64,000 bases of DNA. Origin: Malacoraja senta (Eukaryota). A model generated the notes under the pieces. It was given only the letters and a program-made list of their open reading frames with translations. It was not told where the DNA came from and did not search any database. The translations under genes were made by a program, and so were the position numbers. Below, in pieces: positions 35,609-49,670 of this stretch; within the stretch, counting starts at the first letter, position 1, and every line of letters begins with the position of its first letter. Location: the NCBI GenBank assembly GCA_038087875.1, contig CM075994.1:4404001-4468000 (forward strand), written 5' to 3'.

Positions 35609-38545
35609 GTGAGTGGTGGGCTCCCTGGCCAGTGGGTCGACGGTAGAGTTGCTGCCTTATAGTGCCAGAGCCCGGGTTCGATCCTGACTATGGGTGCTTG
35701 TTTGTACCTTCTCTCCGTCACCCGCATGGGTTTTCTCCGGGGTCTCTGGTATTCCTCCCATGCTCCAAAGACGTGCAGGTGTGTAGGTTAATCAGCTTGG
35801 TATAATTGTAAATTGGCTCTAATGTTTGTAAGATAGTGCTAGTGTATGGGGATCGCTGCTCCGCGAGGACTCAGTGGGCCGAAGGACGCTATCTCTAAAC
35901 TAAACTAAAGTTAGTGAGGAAAAACACAAAAAGCTGGAGTAACTCAGCTGGACAGGCAGCATCTCTTGAGAAGAATGGGTGACATATTGTCGCTGTAGTG
36001 TTGCTGCCTCACAGTGCTAGAGGTCCTGGTTCGATCCAGACTGCGGGTGCTATCTCTGTAGAGTTTGCACGTTCTTCCCGTGACCGAGTGCTCCAGTTTC
36101 CTCCCACGTCCCAAAGACGTGTGGGGTTTAGTAGGTCATTCGGTTTCTGTAAATTGCCTCTAGTGTGTAGGGAGTGGATACGATTGGAAATGGGGATTGA
36201 TGGTCTAAACGTTATTTCCTTATTATGTGCCTAATACCTGGAAAATGCAGGTCCGCTCCAACTCTCAGTTCTTTTAAATCGGGGCTGAAGACTTTTCTGT
36301 TTGACGCTGCTTTTAATTGCTTTTAAATTGAGTTAACCATATAACAATTACAGCACAGAAACAGGCCATCTCGGCTCTTCTAGTCCGTGCCGAACACTTA
36401 CTCTCACCTAGTCCCATCTACCTGCACTCAGACCATAACCCTCCTTTCCTTTCGCATCCATATACCGATCCAATTTGTTTTTAAATGATAAAATCGAACC
36501 TGCCTCCACCACTTCCACTGGAAGCTCATTCCACACAGCTACCACTCTCTGAGTAAAGAAATCCCCCCTCATGTTACCCCTAAACTTCTGTCCCTTAATT
36601 CAAAAATCATGTCCTCTTGTTTGAATCTTCCCTACTCTCAATGGAAAAAGCTTATCCACGTCAACTCTGTCTATCCCTCTCATAATTTTAAAGACCTCTA
36701 TCAAGTCCCCCCTTAACCTTCTGCGCTCCAAATTAAATTAAATAATTATTAATTTCTAACACTGCACTGTACTTTTTATTCTTGTATTTTATACATGTCT
36801 TATTTTATTTTAGCTTTGTTTTTATTTTCTATTCTTTTTAATTTTTAATTGCTTTTGATTGCTTTTTAATGCTCTGTGTAAAGCACTTTGAATTGCCTTG
36901 TTGCTGAAGTGTGTTATATAAATAAACTTGTTTGTTGCTTGCTTGCTAAATGTTATTATTCCCTTATCATGTATCTGTACACTGTGAATAGCTCAATTGC
37001 AATCATGTATTGTCTTTCCACTGAGTGGTTAGCACGCAACAAAAGCTTTTCAATGTACCTCGGTACACGTGACAATAAACTGAACTGGTCAGCGTGGACT
37101 CAGTGGGCCGAGGGCTGTTTCCATGGTGTATCTTTCAACCATTCATCAAAGCTCAAGTGAACTGGTTTCAATCCTGACCTCAGGCATTGTTGGAGCCTGC
37201 GCATTCTCCATTCTGCATGGTTTTCCATTTAGTATGCCTGTTTATATACGCAATGCATGTAGAGACAGGACGTCATGTTTCAGTTGCACAAAACTTTGGT
37301 TGGACCACACTTGGAGTATTGCATACAGTTGTGGTCGCCACATTTCAGGAAGGATGTGGTCAACCTGATTTGAGTTATAAGGAGAGATTGAATAGGATGG
37401 GATTATTCTTGATGGCACGTAGGAGGCTGAGGGATGACCTTCTAGAGGTTGGCAAAATCACGAGGACCATGGAAAGGGCACGTACTCAGATTATTATTTT
37501 TAGTTTAGAGATACAGGCCCTTCTGCCCACCGAATCTGTGACGACCAGTGATCCCCGCACACTAACACTATCCTCCATGCACTAGGGACAATTTACAATT
37601 ATACCGAGCCAATTAGCCTACAAACCTGTACTTCTTTGGAGTGTGGGAGGAAACCGGAGATCCAGGAGAAACCCATGCAGGTCATGGGGAGAACGTACGA
37701 TCGCTGCACAAGCAGCACCTATAGTCAGGTTCGAACCCGGGTCTCTGGCGCTGTGAGCCACCATCTCTACCACTGCGCCGCCCGTGTCAGGGGAGATTAG
37801 AATTAGGTGGAACAGGTTTATGGTGAGAAATTTAAAGGCGATCAGAGGGATAGGTTTTTCAGTCACAGGCAGTGATTATCTGGAAAGAGATACCACAGGA
37901 GATGTGGAGGCTGATACAATTACAACCTTTAATCGACTTTTGCCCTGGTTTTCATTTAGTTTAGAGATTCAGCATGTATCAGGCCCATCGGCCCATCCAA
38001 GCCAACAATTGATCACCTGTTCACAATGGTTCTATGTTATCTCACTATCGCATCCACTCCCTCCACACTATGGACAATTTACCGCAGCCAGTTAACATAC
38101 AAATCCACGCCTCTTTGAGACATGGGAAGAAACCAGAGCTCCCAGAGGACACCCGGGATAATGTGCAAACTAGGAACGAGAAAAGGCAGATGCTGGTTTG
38201 CCAAGGCAAGACACAAAATGCTGGAGCAACTCAGCAGGACAGGCAGCATCTCCCGATAGAAGGAATGGGTGACGTTTTTCAGGGTCGAGTCTAAAGAAGG
38301 GTCCAAACCCGAATTGTCACCCATACCTTCTATCCGGAGATGCTGCCTGTACCGTTGAGTTACTCCAGCATTTTGTGTCTATCTTCGGTGTAAACCTGCA
38401 TCTGCTGTTCCTTCCTACATATTTAGGTTTAGTTGGATATAGGCCAAACATGGGAATAGCTGAAGTGGGGTAACTTGGTCAGGATGGACCGAGTTGGGCC
38501 GAAAGGCCTGTTTGTGTGACTCTATGACTCTTTGCTCCCCCACAG

Positions 38546-38863
38546 GTTTACTACCACTGCCTGGTCCTTGGGGACCCAATGGAGCTGAAGTCACAGAGGG
38601 CCCAGCGCCTGTACAGCCACCTACGGCACCCTGTCTTCCTGGAGTTCTTGGTCGTGCTGTGGCTGGTGCCCAGCCTGTCCCTCGACCGCCTGCTGCTGTC
38701 CGCCACCTTCACCCTCTACCTGGTCCTTGGCCACGGCCTGGACCAGCAGGACTACCGCTACCTGCGGGCGCAGCTGGACAAGAAGTTCGAAATCTTCTCC
38801 CGAGAGGAGACGTCCTTCACCAACTCTGCCCCGCGCAACGGGGTGGGCGAGCACCGGGAGTAG
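38546..38863 (+). CDS. NRM: nurim exon 4 (to stop); total 282 aa
   Basis: cccacag|[16 protein letters not shown]...HLRHPV...DRLLL...[15 protein letters not shown]...TAG. Confidence 0.95.
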   Translation, partial: VYYHCLVLGDPMELKSQRAQRLYSHLRHPVFLEFLVVLWLVPSLSLDRLLLSATFTLYLVLGHGLDQQDYRYLRAQLDKKFEIFSREETSFTNSAPRNGVGEHRE

Positions 38864-40095
38864 CTGCTCGTGCCCATCCCAGGGGTCATCAGCCACCACT
38901 GTCCAACCCTGCTCACCCCCAACAACAGCAGCTAAATGGAGTGGCCCCTCATGACCTCCGACTGCTCATAAGCTGGACCCTTTCATATAGGGAACAGGAA
39001 ATATAAAACCGTCCGGTTAAAGTGGCCAGAGATTTTAGTCCTGTGGGGAAAAAAGGCACAAAATGCTGTAGTAACTCAACAGGTCAGACAGCATTCCTGG
39101 ATAAATGATGGGTCAGGTTTCAGGTCAGTTTGTTTCAGTTTTGTGTCCTGACCCAAAATGTCACCTATCCACGCTCTCCAGAGATGCTACCTGACTCCCT
39201 GAATTACTCCAGCATTTTGCATCTTTCCTTGGCAAAGCTGCATTTGCAGTTCCTCGTTTCTACAGATAAGCTGGACTTTTTTAATATAGAGAACGAGAAA
39301 TATTACCATCGGTTAAAGTGGGCAGAGATTTTGGTCTTGGTGGGGAGGGGGAGGTGGGGAAAGACACAAAGTGCTGGAGTTACTCAGCGGGTCATCTTTG
39401 GAGAACATGGAGAGGTGATGTTTCTGATCGGGACCATTCCTGGGGATTTTAGACCTGCTGTCCTTGTGGAGGTCGCCCGTGTGGTCTATTTTGCCTGAGT
39501 GGATTCCCTGCACTCAGCGGGCTTTGGTCCATTCTGAATGGGCACCGTTCGAGCGTCAAGGCCTCCACAGATTAGCCAGTGCAACGTGTAACTGAAGCAA
39601 AAAGCACAGAGTGCCAGAGGAACTCGGCACGATCAGGCGGCATCTGCGGAGAGAAATGGATAGGCGACGTTTCGGGTCGGGATCCCCCTTCAGTGTAACG
39701 TAGTTAACTTGCGACGAACGGCCCACCGTGTCAGCATCAGTCAGGAAAGATGTACCTGGCTCATCAAGTACAGGCAGCTTGCGTTTTACGCAGGGATTAT
39801 GTACCTATAAGGCAGCCCGAAATCAAAAACATGTAAATTAAATGTATACACGAACTACACTGCTAGCCATAAATTTCAGCACATTATTTCGAAACTACAG
39901 CACTTAAATTTGGTTTAAGTATTAATCAAACAATTGACCAAATTAACCAAAAAAGCATAAATCAAACCAACATAAAATGCGAGGTGCCTGTACACATCGA
40001 CAGGTTTTAGACCTGGTAAGAATTTCTGCTCTCTCCCACCCAACAATCACTGCCTTTCAGATGATAATATATTTCCTCACCTAATCTACCAATTA

Positions 40096-40526
40096 TAGTA
40101 AATCCTCACAATAACGGACCTCTATAGAACGGATTTTGATTATATCAATAATATCAATATCAATTATAGCTATAACAAGGCTCCCGGTTGCAACGCTCTC
40201 CTGCTTCCGCTAGTTACCCAACGAGCTGGCACCACGTGGCTTGCTTCTGGTTGCGGAAGCGGAGAACGTGAGCAGCAAGAAGGCGGCGTGAGTACCGGGC
40301 CCGTCCACGGCGTGCTGCGTGTGTGGCCAGGGGCTTTCTGTGGCTCCGTGGCATGTGAATTCACGCTTGTTTAAATCTCTCCCCCCCCAAAAGCACCGTT
40401 TCTTCCTTCTCAGCCTTGGATTGAACTTTACCCATTTCACTTAGTTATAGTGGACAATTGGCAATAACGGACACCATCCGCCCCCCCCCCCCCCCCCCGG
40501 TGGTCCATTATAACGAGGGTTTACTG
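40096..40526. mobile_element. Tc1/mariner (Tigger-like) MITE
   Basis: imperfect TIRs TAGTAAATCCTCACAATAACGGACC / GGTCCATTATAACGAGGGTTTACTG flanked by TA. Confidence 0.7.
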
Positions 40527-43500
40527 TACTTTGAACCTACGATCACTGGCTTCTGTTGGCTTGGTATAGAGTTACCATGTAATGGGCCAGTGGTTTAGCC
40601 GTCCTTCAATTCTTCACCGACTAAGGGCATCATCAACCGAGAGAAGTGACTTAAAATCGACCTGCTGCAGTAATTCCTGGATGAACAGAGTGTGGTACCT
40701 CACAGCTACTGAGAACTGTGCTAACATCTGTCTCGCCCACGGTAACACAAATCACTGACAGAAAACCCGATGCTCAAAATATTTTTATAAGCATTTTTAT
40801 ATGATAAAGATTTGTATTCTTAGATTCGTACCCTTAGAAAAAGATATACTCATCATGTTGAAAACTCTGAAACTGTTTTGGATAGTGAATTGTGGTGTTC
40901 AAGGAATGGTCTGACTTTTTTTTAAATATATACAAATTCATAAAAAATCTGTGATCCAGTATTCATCTGTCATAATTGATATCAGGAGATAAGTCATTCA
41001 CTTGCACACAAGATGCTGTCAGTCTATGTCATATTGGTAAATGTATAAAGGAGCATTGTTTCTGTTTGGTGAGATCGGAACTTGAATAATAACCCGGCTG
41101 ATTTTGAAGATCTCTGTCAGATGAGATAACGGGAGGGTTTACCAAGAAACTAAGGAAAACATGGCATTTTTTACATTTTTACATTTTTGAATGTTTCTGT
41201 TGGAAACAGTTTCAGACAATCATTTATGAGATCCTAAGTTCCAGGAACAGAATTAGGCCATTCGGTTCATCGAGTCTACTCTGCCATTCAATCATGACTG
41301 ATCTATCTATATTGCCTATTTCCTTCGCTCCATAGATGCTGCTGCACCCGCTGAGTTTCTCCAGCATTTTTGTGTACCTTCGATTTTCCAGCATCTGCAG
41401 TTCCTTCTTAAACACATGACTGATCTGTCTCTCCCTCTCAACCACATTCTCCCCATAACCCCTGACCCGTACTAATCAAGAATCAGTCAATCTCTGTCTT
41501 AAAAATATCCATTGACTTGGCCTCAACAGCCGGCTGCAGCAATGAATTCTACAGATTCACCACCACCTCATGCAACATAGTGCACTCTTTACATAGTACA
41601 CCTTTTTATCACGCAGCTTCATCCCTGGCACTCTACCACCCCAGACAAGGGTCAAGGGTGTTTAATTGCCATGTGCACCAGCATAGGGATAATGCCACAG
41701 CATAACAGGACAGTCAATGCAATAGAAAACAGATGAATATATAATAATCAATAATACAATAATTTAATAACTGATACTGGGTAAGCATAAAACCGATACT
41801 GTCTGACTTATATAAGACTTGCGTAACCTAGCACTTATGTAAACAATTATGTACTCAATCCCCAGTGCAATTAAGGCATTTTGTAATTTCCACTACACTG
41901 TCCAAGTGTCTTTTAAATATTGTTATAGTACCAGCCTCAGCTACCTCCTCTGGCAACTTGGACCATGTACCCGTCACCCTCTGTGTGGAAAAAGTTGCCC
42001 CTCAGGTTCCTATTAAATCTTTCCCCTCTCACCTTAGGCCAGTCCACCCCACCACCCTGCTCTGTCATCAACATGGCTCAACGCCACATTCCAGTCCCTC
42101 GTTGCAAATCTGTGACTTCCTTGAGTCATCTGCAACTTGTGCCTATTCAGCGACTCTACCTCCAAAACTCTCTGCGATAGAGAACTCCAAAGACGTGGAT
42201 ACAAGGTTTAAGTTTAAGCTGGTTTAAGAAAAAGACTCGGTGTGGTGTTGGTGTAACTCAGCGGGTCAGGCAGCATCTCTGGAAAACATTTTGGGTCATG
42301 TTCATAAGTTCTAGGAGCAGAATTAGGCCATATGGCCCATCGTCTACTTTGCCATTCAATCATGGCTGATCTATCTTTTCTTCTCAACCCTATTCTCCTG
42401 CCTTCGCCTCATAGTCCCTGACATCCTTACTAATCAAACTAATCTAGTTTGAATAAACCCAACCCGAAATATCACCTCTCCTTGTTTTCCAGAAGTGCTG
42501 CCTGAACTGCTGTGTTACTCCAGCACTTTGTGTTTTCTTCCCAAATGGTCACAATACAGTGAGAGCAAAAAATCCCTCCTCTACATCTTGTGTGGGGTAT
42601 GGTTCATTCTTATCCTATGTCCCCTGAGTCTTGGTATCCTTGTGAATCCCCTTCAGGATCTTTTATCTTATTAATAAAATCATCTCCAATGCTAAACTCC
42701 TAAAGCTCGTAGGCCCAACCAAAACACATAAAGATCTTTGCCCGAGGTAAACCCTCTACAATAATTAGAACCTCTCAAACAAGTGCACATTTCTTTCAAG
42801 AATGTACACAGTATGCTGGGTGTGGTATCGCCAGCGCCCAGTGAAGTTGCATCAAAACCTCTCTATTTAGCCTCCAAGCCTCCATAAATAAAGGTCAACA
42901 TTCAAATTAGCCTCCCTATTTGCTTGCTATATCTTTGTGCCAATATGTTTGGGTATTTTAATGTACTGGGACTCTCAGATCCCTGTGTACCACAACATTT
43001 TGTAGCTTTGTTCCATTTAGATAGCAATTTGCTTTTTCCTTCCTCCTTCTCAGTTGGATGACCTCACCTGTTCCCAAATTAGATTCCATCTCCCAATTTA
43101 TTAAACATCAAGGCCCACTCCCAATTTTTCCAGAGGGATCATGGATTCTTCTTAGTGTTCTGCCCTACAGACTGTTTTCACTCAAATGTAACGCAATGTT
43201 ATTAAGGCAGAGTTGTGCTAATCCAGGTCCCCTTCACTCAAACTCACTTACTTCCTTAGAGATACATCGTTGAAACGGGGTTCTTTGGCCCATCGAGTCC
43301 AAGCCGCCCATCGATCACCTGTTCACACTGGTTCTATGTTATCCCACTTTCTCATCCACTCGCTACACAGTTGTGGCCAATTTACAGAAGCCAATTAACC
43401 TACAAAGCTGCACGTCTTTGGGATATGGGAGGAAATCGGAGCACCCGGAAGAAACCCACGCTGTCACAGGGTGAACGTGTAAATTCCACACACAGACAAC

Positions 43501-44269
43501 ACCCGAGGTCAGGATCGAACCCGGGACTCTGGCGCATTGAGGCAACTCCTCTACCAGCTGTGCCACTCTGTTGCCCCAAATGATGAATTGACTTCTTTAA
43601 GATGTATAGGATATCAACACATGCAGAGCGATGCTTCTGTTCCTAAGAAACCTTGTGTTATAGAATATTGTATAATAAAGGCAACTGTGCCAATGGCAAA
43701 AAGAATAGGGAGTAGAAAGTTTCAGACGTAATAATGAAGATTTTTTTTCTCCTGGAATTTCAGAAACAAAGGCCTTTTTATTAGCTTTATTTATTTTTGT
43801 TAAAACAAGTTAAAAATACTGAAGGCCATCTGTTACATTGTTTAATAGATTATCATTGCTCAAGACAATAGAAGCGATCGCTTACAGTCAGAAAGGTGGT
43901 ACTCCTTTCTTATCGCTTAGAGTCAGCGGGTCAGGCAGCAACTGGAGAAAAGGAATAGGGAACGTTTTGGGTCGAGACCCCTCAGACTGAGCATCAGGGG
44001 AGAGGGAACAGAGGGATATGAAAAGGTACATAAAACTAATTAATGAAAGATCCAATAAGACAAATATGTGATCGCTTGTTAATTTCTATGGCCCCCACCA
44101 TGTAACTGACAGACTGTTCTTAAGAGGTAATGGTTGGGGCTCATGTTGTCGACCTCCCCGTGGTGAGTGAGTCCTGTCAACTGACCTGTCAGGCGAACGA
44201 CAGCAAACAGAGACAGCAGCAGCGCCGCAGCTTGGAGCCAACCTCATCATTACCAATTCGGTCATAGAG

Positions 44270-44830
44270 TCATGGAGTGATACATTGTGGAAACAGGCCC
44301 TTCGGCTCAACTTGCCCACACCGGCCAACATGTCCCAGCTACACTAATCCCACCTGCCTGCGTTTGGACCATTTCCCTCCAAACCTGTCTTATCCATGTA
44401 CCTGTCTTGACTGTTTCTTTAAAGTTGGGTTAGTCCCAGCCTCAACTACCTCCTCTGGCAGCTTGTTCCATACACCCACCACCCTCGTGTGAAAAACTTA
44501 CCCCTCAGATTCCTATTAAATCTTTTCCCCTTCCCATATATCTATGTCCTCTGGTCCTCGATTCTCCTACTCTGGGCAAGAGGCTCTGCATCTACCCGAT
44601 CTATTCCTCTCATGATTTTGTACGCCTCTATAAGATCACCCCCTCATCCTCCTGCGCTCCAGGGAATAGAGTCCCAACCTACTCAACCTCTCCCTATAGC
44701 TCAGACCCTCTAGTTCCTGGCAACATCCTCTTAAATCTTCTCTGTGCTCTATCCAGCTTGACAACATCTTTCCTGTAGCACGGTGCGCAGAAATGAACAC
44801 AATACTCTAAATGCGGTCTCACCAAGGTCA
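44270..44830 (-). mobile_element. CR1 LINE 3' end (different subfamily)
   Basis: CR1 3' coding remnant and tail on the - strand. Confidence 0.75.
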
Positions 44831-45994
44831 TATTCGGTCCGTAAAATGCAAATAGTGTTCCCTGATTCATCAATCATGTTGAATCTATTTTTGTAGAACT
44901 ATCTGTACCAAGAGAATCAACAATTAAACTATCACTCCCAGTGGGTGGAGAACAGTGGATCGAGTGCATTATTGATAAAGTTGACGATATTTTAATATGA
45001 TAACTTTGTTTATGAACTGCCAATTTAGGCAGTCTTTGATCATGTTACAACTCTGTATTTTTGTTTAATTTAAATAAAAGCATTTTTTTTTTTTTTTAAA
45101 GGAGGAAGAAATAAAAGTGGGTGGGGAAGTGGACAGTAGACAGAGAAGCAAGTCCTGGTCATCATTGTTCATAGATCCTGGATTGTTCAATGTCAGGATG
45201 ACTCATTGATATTTGAAGCGTTTCGATTTGATTTGTGTAATGTGCCCTGCATTTTCTTTCCGGCTCTGATACCATTTATTTCTCCAACTTTCTAACCCTT
45301 TCCCACCTGACTTGTTGCTCTGACTGGCTTTAATAAACATGTCCTTCATCTCCTCCATCTTTGGCAGCACAGCACAGCTGGTAGAGCTGCTGCCTCACTG
45401 CGCCAGAGAACCAGTTTCGATCCTGACCTCGGCTGCTGTCTGGTGGTGTGTGAAGTTCTTTGACAACCATTTGATCATTTTGACAACCTCTTTGACAACC
45501 ATTTGATCATTTCCTTCTGCGGCCAAATAAATGTTCAAGCATCTTTGTCAACGTGGTTTCAGTTTTCATAAAACCATAAGACATAGGAGCAGAATTAGGC
45601 CATTCAGCCCATCAAGTTGTGCCCTACCTCCATTGACCTAACCTCTGGTCACTTCCTAAACCTTGGCAAAAACCTCAGGAGAGATTTTAAAATGCATATT
45701 TAACCCAGCAGCAGTCAAGAGAGAGTTCCATACTTTATCCAAATCTCAGAGTGTTTTACACCCTTAGTTACAGCTTGCCACCAGTGAGAGTAGGTTAAAG
45801 CCAACGTCTTTGGGAACTGGGAGGAAACCGGAGCATCCGGAGGAAGCCCACGCGGTCACAGGGTGAATGTACAAACTCCATACAGGCAGCACCCGTAGTC
45901 AGGATCGAACCCAGGTCTCTGGCGCTGTGAGACAGCAGCTCTACCAGCTGTGCCAACAACTCTACCACTGTGCCGCCACTGTACCACCATCGAC

Positions 45995-46380
45995 GGTCAC
46001 ACGAAACGATTAAGACTGCGTGGACGCCTGTGTGTGACTTTGTTTAACGCGGTGAGACTGGTGCACAGACAGCCACCACACGGTCCTTAACAGATCTGGG
46101 TCAGGATCCAGTGGCGTGGAGTTCAAGACGACCGGAGACCCTTTTCTGCTGCAGACTTCATCTGCCTTCCCAGCCGTTGTGATGCTCCACTAAGGTCAGC
46201 TATCATCCTCCGCCTGTTCCACCGTTGAGGTCTTGGTTGGATTGCTCTTTGTCAGAGACCTCCCCCTCGACCTTACCGCCATGGGTGACCCTACCAGGAG
46301 CATAGCACCAGACTGCATTGCTCTCGGGATCTCAGGACCACACAAGGTTCTCTACCACGACAAGCTGACAATCCACGGAG
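45995..46380 (+). mobile_element. possible RTE/Expander-like fragment
   Basis: CCCTACCAGGAGCATAGCACCAGAC...CCACGACAAG resembles RTE-clade untranslated sequence from recall only. Confidence 0.3.
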
Positions 46381-46427
46381 AAGACTGTGCCACCATTACC
46401 AATGGCAATGTTTCTTTTCTGAAGATA

Positions 46428-46918
46428 GGCACAAAACTCAGTGAGACAGACACAAAACTCAGTGAGACAGGGACAAAACTCAGTGAGACAGGCACAAAAC
46501 TCAGTGAGACAGACACAAAACTGTGAGACAGGCACAAAACTCAGTGAGACAGACACAAAACTGTGAGATAGACACAAAACTCAATGAGACAGACACAAAA
46601 CTCAGTGAGACAGACACAAAACTCTGTGAGAGACACAAAACTCAGTGAGACAGACACAAAACTCAGTGAGAGACACAAAACTCAGTGAGACAGACACAAA
46701 ACTCTGTGAGAGACACAAAACTCAGTGAGACAGACACAAAACTCAGTGAGACAAACACAAAACTGAGAGACACAAAACTCAGTGAGACAGACACAAAACT
46801 CAGTGAGACAGACACAAAACTCAGTGAGACAGGCACAAAACTCAGTGAGACAGACACCAAACTCAGTGAGACAGACACAAAACTCAGTGAGACAGACACA
46901 TAACTCAGTGAGACAGGC
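46428..46918. repeat. minisatellite, ~21-bp unit GAGACAGACACAAAACTCAGT
   Basis: more than 20 tandem units with small deletions; explains the ETDTKLS pseudo-ORFs. Confidence 0.95.
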
Positions 46919-47282
46919 AGAAAAGTGTGTTTCTTTTCCTGTGGAGATATAGATCACTGTCGGACCGTCCCATTGAAACATCACCAGCTGAAGTCATCGC
47001 CACATATTGTGCTTGAATGAAGGAGTTGATCCCATGGCCCAGTGATAGCCCGTTTGCCTCTGGTCAGGAGGTGATGGATTTGAATCCCAGGGCAGACATG
47101 AGCGCAAACTCTGGGCTCAAAAAAAGCTGTATTATTGTGAAATTATCTATTTCAGTGTTATTCAACACGGTAAACCACATTACTTATGATTTAATTCTTG
47201 CACCTAATTTGCCTTGAAGCCTTGAGGAAATGCATGCAAATTGAGCCTTCTCGAGGTTGCATTTTTAATGACCTAGGCAAGC

Positions 47283-47768
47283 TAGAAACATAGAAAATAG
47301 GTGCAGGAGTAGGCCATTCGGCCCTTCGAGCCTGCACCGCCATTCAATATGATCATGGCTGATCATCCAACTAAGTATCCTGTACCTGCCTTCTCTCCAT
47401 ACCCCCTGATCCCCTTAGCCACAAGGGCCACATCTAACTCCCTCTTAAATATAGCCAATGAACTGGCCTCAACTACCTTCTGTGGCAGAGAATTCCACAG
47501 ATTCACCACTCTCTGTGTAAAAAATGATTTTCTCATCTCGGTCCTAAAAGACTTCCCCCTTATCCTTAAACTGTGACCCCTTGTTCTGGACTTCCCCAAC
47601 ATCGGGAACAATCTTCCTGCATCTAGCCTGTCCAACCCCTTAAGAATTTTGTAAGTTTCTATAAGATCCCCCTCAATCTTCTAAATTCTAGCGAGTACAA
47701 GCCGAGACTATCCAATCTTTCTTCATATGAAAGTCCTGACATCCCAGGAATCTGGTGAACCTTCTCTG
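47283..47768 (-). mobile_element. CR1 LINE 3' end, near-identical to 11838-12352
   Basis: [29 protein letters not shown]. Confidence 0.92.
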
Positions 47769-49123
47769 TTGGTAATTTCATGCAAAACTAGTTATAAAGT
47801 TAGATATTCTGCTCCTCTACCTCAATAAAGGGAGCATCCCTGCTGTCATGAATAGAACGTCACCTACTAATTTATAGTTTAATTTAGAGACACAGTGTGG
47901 AAACAAGCCCTTTGGCCCACCGAATACACACCGACCAGCGATCCCCGCACATTAACACTATCCTACACACACTAGGGACAATTTACAATTATACCAAGTC
48001 AATTAACCTACAAACTTGTAGGTCTTTGGAGTGTGCGAGGAAACCGAAGATCACGGGGAGAACGTGCATATTAGCTGGGAAGGTAGACAAAAATGCTGGA
48101 GAAACTCAGCGGGTGCAGCAGCATCTGTGGAGCGAAGGAAATAGGCAACGTTTCGGGCCGAAACCCTTCTTCAGACACAGCTGGGAACTTGTGCAATGGA
48201 ACTTGTGCAATTCAATAACTGTGACAGCAAAGGATGAGTCAACAAGACACAAGGAACTGCAGATGCTAGCCAAAAAGGACGCAAAGTGCCAGAGTCCCGG
48301 GTTCGATCCAGACTACCTGGTGGATCCTATTCTTCCTGCACACATTGAATGTTCTTCCGACCACAGTAGCCCAGCTCTCATTTAAGCTTTTTCATTGTTC
48401 AGTTGTTCCACGTTTAGACTTTGGAGATATAGCGTGAAAACAGGCCCTTCGGCCCACCGAGTCTGCGCTGACTAGCGATCTCCCCATACCCCAGTTCTAC
48501 CCTACACACTAGGCACAATTTACAACCTACAGAAGGCAATTAACCTGGAACCGTGACGTATTTGGAGTGTGGGAGGAAACCGGAGTACCCAAAGAAAACC
48601 CACGTGGTCACGGGGAGAACGTACAAACTCCGTACAGGCAGCATCCCAAAGTCAGGATTGAACTCGGGTCTCTGGCACTATATGGCAGTAACTCTACCAC
48701 TGCCCCACTGTGCCGCCCACTGGGAACAGTAAAGGCAAAAGGTAAACGTACACACAATAAGATGCTACAGATGCCAGTTTACAAAAATAGACACAGAGTG
48801 CTGGGGTAACTCAGCGGGTCAGGCAGCATCTCCGGAGAACAATGGATAGGTGATGTTTCGGGGCAGGACCTTTCTTCACCACACTTGGATTGTGTGCAGT
48901 TTGGTCTCCTAATTTGAGGAAGGGCATCGAAACTGACATAAGAATAACATGTAAAATTCCTAGGGGATTGGACAAGCTAGATGGACCTGAAACTACTTGA
49001 TCTCCCGGTTGCCGGACACTTTAATTCGCCTTCCCATTCTTACACAGTGACAGAGTGAGGCTAAACGCAAATAGGAGGAACAGAATCTCATATTTCGCTT
49101 GAGCAGCTTACAGCCCCCAATGG

Positions 49124-49323
49124 NNNNNNNNNNNNNNNNNNNNNNNNNNNNNNNNNNNNNNNNNNNNNNNNNNNNNNNNNNNNNNNNNNNNNNNNNNNNN
49201 NNNNNNNNNNNNNNNNNNNNNNNNNNNNNNNNNNNNNNNNNNNNNNNNNNNNNNNNNNNNNNNNNNNNNNNNNNNNNNNNNNNNNNNNNNNNNNNNNNNN
49301 NNNNNNNNNNNNNNNNNNNNNNN
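49124..49323. other. assembly gap (200 N) between NRM and RPS5
   Basis: run of N. Confidence 1.
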
Positions 49324-49334
49324 TATTTATCTGA

Positions 49335-49670
49335 TTTAGTAAAAGACCAGGCCAGCTACAGCAATGTTACAGGCTGAGGATTAACCTAGTTAACGTTTTA
49401 GTACCATTTCCACCAATGTACACCAGCAGTCTTTTTTTAATTTAGTAACGCTGAGGGATAACCCAATGCCTTAGCATCATTTCCACCGATTTACTCCAGC
49501 GCCGTCTTTTTTTGATTTAGTAAAAAAAGAGGCTGAGGGATAACCTAGTTAATGTTTTAGCACCATTTCCACGGTTACACTGGCACTGTGCCTTTCTTTG
49601 ATACAAGACCAGATAATCCATGCCAATGTCACTGGCCATGGGTTAACCTAGTTAATGTTTTAGCATGATT
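49335..49670. repeat. degenerate tandem repeat, ~75-100-bp unit
   Basis: TAACCTAGTTAATGTTTTAGCA(CCATTTCCAC) core recurs about 4 times. Confidence 0.75.

Noticed and set aside
45073..45078. AATAAA as a distal NRM polyA signal
   Set aside because: About 6 kb from the stop with several alternatives; cannot be assigned from sequence alone.
46428..46918. CRISPR-like appearance of regular repeats
   Set aside because: No unique spacers, eukaryotic context, no cas genes; it is a minisatellite.
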